64,000 nt of DNA, taken from contig CAXWPH010000003.1 of the NCBI GenBank assembly GCA_963666055.2, positions 64,001 to 128,000 of the forward strand, given 5' to 3'. This document shows, piece after piece, positions 55,173-64,000 of the stretch. The position numbers and the translations under genes were made by a program. The notes below the pieces were generated by a model. That model saw nothing but the letters and a program-made list of their open reading frames with translations. It did not search any database and was not told where the DNA came from. This DNA is from Acidobacteriota bacterium. Lineage in GTDB: Bacteria > Acidobacteriota > UBA890 > WLXD01. The number at the start of each line of letters is the position of its first letter. The stretch's first letter is position 1.

Positions 55173-56554
55173 ATGGCTATGCAAAAGAGCCCGATGGTCG
55201 AGACCAGCTCGATCTCTGAGCCTGACGCCGCCGGACTCGAGACGCGGGACATGATGCTCAACATCGGCCCCGCCCACCCCGCCATGCACGGCATCATCCG
55301 CATCATCGCCAAGCTCGAGGGCGAGCAGATCGAGGCTGCCGACGTCGAAATCGGCTACCTGCACCGCGCTTTCGAGAAGATGTCGGAGACGGTCGACTAT
55401 AACGGCGTCGTTCCGTATACCGACCGGCTCAACTATGTCTCGCCGCTGATCAACAACATGGGCTATTGCATGGCGGTGGAAAAACTGCTCGGGATCTCGG
55501 TGCCGGAGCGCTGCCACTACGTGCGCGTCATCATGTCCGAGATCTCGAGGGTGTCGGACCACCTCACGTGTGTGGGTGCGACCGCCATGGAGTTGGGCGC
55601 GTTCACCGTCTTTCTTTACATGATCAAGGCGCGTGAGTATCTGTGGGAGCTCGTGGAGAAGGTCACCGGAGCGCGGCTGACCGTTACCTACTGTCGCGTC
55701 GGGGGAGTGAAGGCGGACCTGCCGGAAGGTTTCGCGGAAGCCTGCAGCGAGGCGTTCAAGGAGACCCGCAAGGTCCTGGAGGAGTCGAGCGCGCTCCTTA
55801 CCCGCAATCGGATCTTCGCGGACCGCATGAATGATACGGGCGCGATTTCGGCGGAAGACGCCATCTCTTTCGGGATCACCGGCCCGTTCCTGCGCGCTAC
55901 CGGCGCTACGTACGATGTCCGCAAGGACTGCCCGTACGCCGTCTACGACCAGATTCCCTTCGAAGTGCCGGTCGGGACTCGCGGCGACAACATGGATCGC
56001 TATCTGGTGCGCATGGAGGAGATGGAACAGTCCATGCGTATCGTGGAGACGGCACTAGAGCAGATACCGGGCGGTCCAGTGCTGGTCAATCCCGAGACCG
56101 GGCGCCCGATTCCGGCCGCGGAGATGGTGGACCTCGCCAAGGTGGGCAACATCGACGCGATCTCGGGCGGATGTGCCGTGGTCGGCCCAACCCTCGAGGG
56201 ATCGGGTCGTCTGTACCACCCCTCGATCGCCACGGACGAGAAGCGCGCGGTCTTTCCTGCCAAGGAAGACACCTACGGCAACATCGAAGGGCTGATGCGG
56301 CAGTTCAAGCTGGTCATGCATGGCCATGGGGTGCGCCCCCCCAACGGAGAGGCGTACTTTCCGGTGGAGGGCGCCAACGGAGAGCTGGGGTTTTACGTGG
56401 TGAGCGACGGCGCCGGTAATGCCTACCGGGTTCGGGTGCGGCCGCCTTGCTTTGCCATCATGTCGGCGCTCTCGATGCTGCTAGAGGGCGAGATGATCGC
56501 CGACATGGTTCCCACATTCGGCTCGGTCAACATGATCGGCGGGGAGCTCGATCG

Positions 56555-56558
<4 letters not shown>
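55173..56558 (+). CDS. nuoD: NADH-quinone oxidoreductase subunit D, with an insertion
   Basis: NIGPAHPAMHG, GYLHR.FEK, DRLNY, GELDR. Confidence 0.97.
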
Positions 56559-58349
<1,791 letters not shown>

Positions 58350-58357
<8 letters not shown>

Positions 58358-59954
58358 GCTCACCATCGACGACCGTGAGATCGAGGTCGCCGAGGGAACC
58401 ATGGTCATCCAGGCCGCGGAGCAGCTCGGGGTCTTGGTGCCGCGCTACTGCTACCACCCGGGCCTCTCGATCGCGGGCAACTGCCGTATCTGTCTGGTGG
58501 ATGTCGAAAACAACCCCAAGCTACAGATCGCATGCAACTTGCCCGCCACCGAGGGGATGGTCGTGCATACCAAGAACGACCGAGCAGAAGAGGGGCGACG
58601 CTCGGTTCTGGAGTTTCTGTTGGCCAACCATCCGCTCGATTGCCCAGTCTGCGATCAATCGGGCGAGTGCGACCTGCAGAACTTCTACATGGACTTCGGG
58701 CTCTACAGCCCGCGGTTCCATGAGCAGAAGGTCAAGAAGCAGAAGGCAGTGCAGCTCGGTCAGCATGTCATGCTCGACCAAGAGCGCTGCATCCTGTGCT
58801 CCCGATGCGTGCGTTTCACCGACGAGATCACCGAGACCGGAGAGTTTGGCATCTTCAACCGCGGCGACAGCTCGGAGCTGGGTATCTATCCCGGCTCCAC
58901 GCTCGACAACGCGTACTCGGCAAACGTCGTCGACATCTGCCCCGTGGGCGCTCTCACCGAGGCTGATTTTCGTTTCAAGGCCCGTGTCTGGTATCTCTCG
59001 AGCGCTCCCACTGTCTGCAACGGCTGCAGCCGCGGCTGCAACATCGACATGCATTTCGTCCTCGACCGGCCGCATTTGAACGACGGGGCCCGCATGGCAC
59101 GCGTCAAGCCGCGCTACAACGCCGGTGTCAACGAGTGGTGGCTGTGCGATGAAGGACGGTACGGCCTCGGCTGGCTGGATCATGAGCGTGCCGACGTGGT
59201 GCGCGGGCCAGCCGGTGACGCGACTTGGGAGGAGGCGCTGACAGCGATCTCGTTGCAGGTTGGCGAAGGAGCCCGCGTCGGTGTGATCGCCTCCACGCAG
59301 CTCACCAACGAGGAGCTCTTCCTGATCCGGGAGGTTTTCCAGGGGGCGCGAATTAGCGCCAACGTGCCCGAGCAGCCCGGTTCTTCGGACGACTTTCTCA
59401 TCATGGCCGACAAGAGCCCCAACATGCGTGGGGCGACCTTGCTCGGGCTCGCCGGCCCAGAGGCGTATGACGCCGGCCAGATTTTGGACGAGGCGCTGGC
59501 CGGGGATCTCGACGCGCTGTGGGTCTTCGGGCATGACCTGGTGGATCTGTTCGGTGAGGAGAAGGTTCGTGAGCTACCGCAGCGGGTGGGGTTGTTGGTG
59601 TTCTCCGGGACGAACGAGAACTCCACCGCGTCGCTGGCGCATTGGGCCCTGCCGACTGCCGGCTACGTGGAAAAGGATGGGACCTTCGTTAACTGCGATG
59701 GTCGCGTGCAGCGCGTCGGTCGGGTGATGCCACCCTACGGTCGGTCGCAGGAAGATTGGCGCATGCTCTTGAAGCTGGCCGAGATGCTTGGCCGACCGCT
59801 CGATTGGGCGAAGCCGGAGGAGATCTTCGAGGCGCTGGCAGCAGCGGAGGCACCCTTTGCAGCGTTGAGCTACGAGGCAATCGGAAAAGACGGAGCCGCC
59901 ATCACGCCGGCCACGCCCACGCCGGGGGCACCAGCAGAGGCAGTCGCACCGTGA
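58350..59954 (+). CDS. nuoG: NADH-quinone oxidoreductase subunit G (short form)
   Basis: CYHPGL..AGNCRIC, HPLDCPVCDQSGEC, CILCSRC, CPVGAL, CNGCSRGC...C. Confidence 0.93.
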
Positions 59955-61045
59955 TCGAAGCACTCCTCATCAAGCTCGCGCTGGCCGGGCTCGTGCTCTT
60001 TGCGGTGGTCAACTTCGCGGGGTTGCACACCTGGGTGGAGCGGAAACAGTCGGCCCTGATCCAGGACCGGATTGGAGCTAACCGCGCCCCCATCTTCGGC
60101 TTTCGCGCGCTGGGCCTATTTCACGGCATCGCCGATGCAATCAAAATGTTCACCAAGGAGGACATTGTTCCAGCGGGCGCCAACAAGACGCTTCATGCGC
60201 TAGCGCCGTTTTTCTCGGTGTTCTTCGCGCTGGTGGCGTTCGCGGCGATCCCCTTCGGTGACCGGCTTGTATGGGGCGATCGGGTCATCGAGCTCCAGGT
60301 AGCCAATATCGACGCGGCGCTGCTCTACGTGTTCGCGATGCTGTCGATGGGGGTCTACGGGGTGATCCTTGCCGGCTTCGCCTCCCGCAACAACTATGCC
60401 ATCATGGGTGCATTGCGCGCCACCGCACAGTTGATCTCCTACGAGATCGCTCTGGGAGTGGCCATTCTTGGCGTGATCATGGTCTACGGAACCATGAATC
60501 TGTCTGAGCTGGTCCGCGCGCAGGGGCATATGATTGGTGGTTGGATTCCGCTCTGGGGCATCGTCGTCCAGCCGGTCGCCTTCTTCATCTTCGTGACCGC
60601 GGCGCTGGCGGAGACCAAGCGGCTGCCCTTTGACCTACCGGAAGGGGAGTCGGAGATCATCGGCTACTTCGTCGAGTACAGCGGCATGAAGTTCGGGATG
60701 TTCTTTCTCACGGATTTTCTCGAAACCATCATGGTGTCCTGCCTGGCTACGACGCTCTTCTTCGGTGGGTGGCAGGTGCCCTTCCTCACCCCCGAAGGAT
60801 TCCTGCTGCCGTGGGGCGCGGAGATTCCCGTATCGAACCTGGTCTATGTCCTGCTCGGCGTGGCGAGCTTCACGGTCAAGGTCATCGGCTTTTCCTGGCT
60901 GTTCATGCAAATACGCTGGACCTTGCCGCGCTTCCGATACGATCAGCTCATGTCGCTGGGCTGGAAGGGGCTATTCCCGGTGGCGGTGGTCAACGTCGTG
61001 GTGACGGCCCTGGTGCTGATGTTCTTCACCGAGGGGGGGCCGTGA
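59951..61045 (+). CDS. nuoH: NADH-quinone oxidoreductase subunit H
   Basis: ERK..A.IQDRIGANR, KMFTKED, AQLISYE, PFDLPEGESE, PRFRYDQL. Confidence 0.96.
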   Translation: MIEALLIKLALAGLVLFAVVNFAGLHTWVERKQSALIQDRIGANRAPIFGFRALGLFHGIADAIKMFTKEDIVPAGANKTLHALAPFFSVFFALVAFAAIPFGDRLVWGDRVIELQVANIDAALLYVFAMLSMGVYGVILAGFASRNNYAIMGALRATAQLISYEIALGVAILGVIMVYGTMNLSELVRAQGHMIGGWIPLWGIVVQPVAFFIFVTAALAETKRLPFDLPEGESEIIGYFVEYSGMKFGMFFLTDFLETIMVSCLATTLFFGGWQVPFLTPEGFLLPWGAEIPVSNLVYVLLGVASFTVKVIGFSWLFMQIRWTLPRFRYDQLMSLGWKGLFPVAVVNVVVTALVLMFFTEGGP

Positions 61046-61653
61046 CCGTAAGAGTCGTCCGAAGGAGCGAGCTGACGTTCTGGGAGAATCTCTACATTCC
61101 ACAGATCATCTCCGGCCTGAGGATCACCTCGAGGCACTTCTTCCGGAATCTCTTTCTGCACGCTGCGCACATGGTCGGTCGTCTGACGCACATTCGCGCC
61201 GCCGTCACGTATCAGTATCCCGAGGAGCTGCGGCCCCTCATGTCGAGGTTTCGCAGCCGCCACCGGCTCACCCTGCGCGACGACGGCTCCCCGCGGTGCG
61301 TGGGATGCATGCTGTGCGAGACTGTTTGCCCGGCCAAGTGCATCACCATCGTGCCCGGCGAGCATCCCGATCCGCATGTCGAGAAATACCCGGTGCAGTT
61401 CGATATCGATCTGGGCGTTTGCGTCTATTGCGGCTATTGTGTCGAGGTTTGCCCGGAAGACGCGATTCGGATGGATACCGGGATCCTGGATCTCGCGGCG
61501 TACTCACGGGAGGCGATGCGGCTCGACATCCACGAGCTGATGGACCCCAAGCTGCGCAAGCCGATCGGCGACTGCAGCCTGGAGTTCCCCCATAAGTGCG
61601 AGCTCACCGGCGGCGAGATGAAGGGCAGCTGGGAACCCGCCGACGCATCATAA
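61042..61653 (+). CDS. nuoI: NADH-quinone oxidoreductase subunit I
   Basis: TYQYPEE, CVGCMLCETVCP, CVYCGYCVEVCP. Confidence 0.95.
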   Translation: MTVRVVRRSELTFWENLYIPQIISGLRITSRHFFRNLFLHAAHMVGRLTHIRAAVTYQYPEELRPLMSRFRSRHRLTLRDDGSPRCVGCMLCETVCPAKCITIVPGEHPDPHVEKYPVQFDIDLGVCVYCGYCVEVCPEDAIRMDTGILDLAAYSREAMRLDIHELMDPKLRKPIGDCSLEFPHKCELTGGEMKGSWEPADAS

Positions 61654-61714
61654 ACGACCGATTGAGCACCTTCCGCCGCGGTCGACCAGTGGAGCGTTGC
61701 AGCGCGGAGGACCC

Positions 61715-62767
61715 GTGTTGCAGTTAGGTCGCTGCGTCATCGGCGTCGCCGCGTTGATCGCAGTCGTGCCGCTCCTTGGGGCCGGCTGCGCGGTCGCCCC
61801 GTCGCGGCGAGTCGGCGTGCTGCTTACGGGGCCCACGATGGGTACCCGCTACAACGTTCGTGTAGACGACGCGCACGCGCCCGCCGCAGAGGCGACTATC
61901 GCCGCTCTCATCACGGCGACGCTGGATCGGATCGATCGCAAGATGTCGACGTTTCGGTCGGACTCCGAGATCTCCGAGCTCAACCAGGCGCCGGCAAACC
62001 AACCAGTGCGGCTCTCGATGGAAACCGTTGGCGTGCTTTCGGCTGCCATCGATCTGGCGGCTGACACCGGCGGCGCGTTCGATGTCACCGCTGGACCATT
62101 GGTCAACGCCTGGGGGTTCGGGCCGTCGGGTGACGCCAACGGGCCGCCGTCGGAGCGTGAGCTTGCCGACGCCCTGCGTCACGTGGGGTCGGACAAGATC
62201 ACATTGGACACCGTAGCCGGTACGGCGACCAAGCTCGACGCCGACGTATACATCGACCTTTCGGGAATCGCCAAGGGCTACGCAGTCGACGCGGTCGACG
62301 CGGCGCTGGCGGCGGCAGGCTGGGAGCGCACCATGGTCGACGTCGGCGGCGAAGTGCGGACGCGCGGGCTCACCGCCTTCGGTCGCCGTTGGCGCGTCGC
62401 GATCGAGCAGCCCGACGGCGGTGTCCCAGCGTCTCCGCTGCTCGTGTCGCTCGTTGACGGCGCGCTGGCGACATCGGGCAACTACCGCAACGCTTACTTT
62501 CGCGGCGACACCTTGGTAGGCCATACGATCGATCCGCGAACCGGTCGCCCCATCGAGCACAACGGAGTCTCGGTTTCGGTCATGGCGGCCGATTGCATGA
62601 CAGCGGACGCTCTGGCAACCGCGCTGATGGTGATGGGCCCCGAAGAGGGGCTTGCCTGGGCGACTGATCGCGACGTCGCTGCCGTGTTCATGGCGCGCGA
62701 TAACGACACCCTCGTGCGGCGTGCGACCCCGGCGTACGAGCGCCAGGTAGGAGCGCGGTTACAATGA
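61715..62767 (+). CDS. apbE: FAD:protein FMN transferase (lipoprotein)
   Basis: Lipobox GAGC; TMGT, GAFDVTAGPL, DLSGIAKGYAVD, ATSGNY, HTIDPRTG, ADALAT. Confidence 0.93.
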   Translation: MLQLGRCVIGVAALIAVVPLLGAGCAVAPSRRVGVLLTGPTMGTRYNVRVDDAHAPAAEATIAALITATLDRIDRKMSTFRSDSEISELNQAPANQPVRLSMETVGVLSAAIDLAADTGGAFDVTAGPLVNAWGFGPSGDANGPPSERELADALRHVGSDKITLDTVAGTATKLDADVYIDLSGIAKGYAVDAVDAALAAAGWERTMVDVGGEVRTRGLTAFGRRWRVAIEQPDGGVPASPLLVSLVDGALATSGNYRNAYFRGDTLVGHTIDPRTGRPIEHNGVSVSVMAADCMTADALATALMVMGPEEGLAWATDRDVAAVFMARDNDTLVRRATPAYERQVGARLQ

Positions 62768-63129
62768 AGAAACCGGCTCGCCGGAGCGGCGGTCTGGTGT
62801 ACTCGACGGCTCACGGACAGATGTGTCCGCGCTGCGGTCAGCCGACGATTCGGTGTGCGTGCCGCAGATCCGCAGCGACCCCGGAGGGGGACGGCGTGGT
62901 CCGCGTGATTCGGCAGACCAAGGGGCGTCGCGGCAAGGCCGCTACGCTGGTTACCGGTGTGCCGCTAGCCGGGCCGGAGCTGGCCAATCTCGGCAAGGAG
63001 CTGAAGCGTAAGTGTGGATCCGGCGGTACCGTGAAAGGCGGGACGATCGAGATTCAGGGGGACCATCGAGACTCGTTGGTTGCGGAGCTCGAGCGGCGTG
63101 GTTGGATGGTCAAGCGGGCCGGGGGATAG
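62764..63129 (+). CDS. yciH: SUI1/YciH translation initiation factor homologue
   Basis: LVYST, KGRRGK, LKRKCGSGGTVK, IEIQGDHR. Confidence 0.93.
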   Translation: MKKPARRSGGLVYSTAHGQMCPRCGQPTIRCACRRSAATPEGDGVVRVIRQTKGRRGKAATLVTGVPLAGPELANLGKELKRKCGSGGTVKGGTIEIQGDHRDSLVAELERRGWMVKRAGG

Positions 63130-63133
63130 CCCA

Positions 63134-64000
63134 GTGACCGAAGCTACGGGCCGCCGCCAGGGGCACGACGCCATCGCGGTGGTCGACTTCGGCGGCCAGT
63201 ACGCTCACCTGATTGCCACCAAGGTGCGCCGTCAGGGGGTGCTGGCAGAGATTCGCCAACCCGACGATCCGGTCGAGATGTTCGCACCCTACCGCGGCGT
63301 CATCATCTCCGGCAGCCCTAGTCTGGCCTCGCGCGGCGAGGACTCCGTCTATACGAAGTCGATCTACGATCTCGACGTGCCTATTCTGGGGCTGTGCTTC
63401 GGACACCAGGAGATCGCCCAGCACTACGGCGGCAACGTTGTTCACGGCGGGCGCCAGTGGGGCCGGGCCGAGCTTCATTTGACCGGCGAGCATCCGATCT
63501 TTGCCGGGCTCGATGCGGTCGAGTCGGTGTGGATGAGTCACTACGACTCGGTGACCTCACTCGGGCCTGAGTTCACCGAGCTGGCGTATAGCAAGACGCT
63601 CGACTTAGCTCCCGACCACCGTTTTGCGGCGATCGGCTCCGACGCGCTGCGGCGGTACGGATTCCAGTTTCACCCCGAAGTTGACGACACCGTCCACGGT
63701 GATCGCATGCTGTCGAACTTCGTGGTCAATATCTGCGGCTGCGCGGCATCGTGGACGATGGACGGCTACCTCGACGAGCAGCTTGGTCGTATTCGCGCCC
63801 AGGTGGGTGAGCGGTCGGTGTTTCTGCTCGCCTCCGGTGGCGTCGATTCCACCGTTGCCGCGGTGCTGTTGGGCCGCGCGCTGGGTGCGGAGCGCCTGCA
63901 CCTGCTACACATCGACAACGGGCTCATGCGGCTCGACGAGAGCCGTGAAGTCCGGCAGCTCTTCGGCGAGCTGGGAATCGACGGCAACCTCAACTTCGTC
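63134..64000 (+). CDS. guaA: GMP synthase, 5' part (runs off the window; absent from the ORF track)
   Basis: Manual translation: VDFGGQYAHLIA, ISGSP, LGLCFGHQ, WMSHYD, QFHPEV, SGGVDSTV, IDNGLMR. Confidence 0.95.
   Translation, partial: MTEATGRRQGHDAIAVVDFGGQYAHLIATKVRRQGVLAEIRQPDDPVEMFAPYRGVIISGSPSLASRGEDSVYTKSIYDLDVPILGLCFGHQEIAQHYGGNVVHGGRQWGRAELHLTGEHPIFAGLDAVESVWMSHYDSVTSLGPEFTELAYSKTLDLAPDHRFAAIGSDALRRYGFQFHPEVDDTVHGDRMLSNFVVNICGCAASWTMDGYLDEQLGRIRAQVGERSVFLLASGGVDSTVAAVLLGRALGAERLHLLHIDNGLMRLDESREVRQLFGELGIDGNLNFV

Noticed and set aside
56150-56176. IDAISGGC in the NuoD insertion, resembling the ApbE flavinylation motif
   Set aside because: It lacks the acceptor Thr/Ser, and NuoD is cytoplasmic while this ApbE is a lipoprotein

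Overview
High-GC bacterial chromosomal window. It is most likely Acidobacteriota, inferred from the Vps10-like and PQQ-propeller proteins, the DUF1592/DUF1552/ankyrin operon, the kinase-TonB fusion and an Acidobacteria-type domain remnant. Contents in order: a PLP-enzyme and secreted beta-propeller cluster; a 1-kb patch of gene fragments with an IS630-like end; a selenocysteine FdnGHI-FdhE operon with a visible SECIS; a serine hydrolase-CARDB gene; a cytochrome c plus the DUF1592/DUF1552/ankyrin operon; a xylose operon (xylA, xylB) preceded by ThuA, levoglucosan-dehydrogenase-like and TIM-barrel genes; AlaX; KGSA dehydrogenase; an fcl/FdhF chimeric remnant; gdhA followed by a receiver/ATP-grasp (PPDK-like) protein; thiC behind a G17 tract; a Ser/Thr kinase-TonB fusion; ppx, sixA and a ppk1 remnant; a rearranged complex I operon with four antiporter-like subunits, fused NuoEF and no nuoB; apbE; yciH; and the 5' part of guaA. 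The best candidates for novel biology are (1) the gdhA-linked REC/ATP-grasp/His protein, a possible non-canonical phosphorelay or dikinase, (2) the four-pump Mrp-hybrid complex I with a lengthened lateral helix, and (3) a 3-keto-sugar elimination module coupled to xylose catabolism. About eight single-base frameshifts, mostly in short homopolymers, may be sequencing errors. No rRNA, tRNA or CRISPR array was seen. All family assignments come from motif recognition by eye, not database searches.
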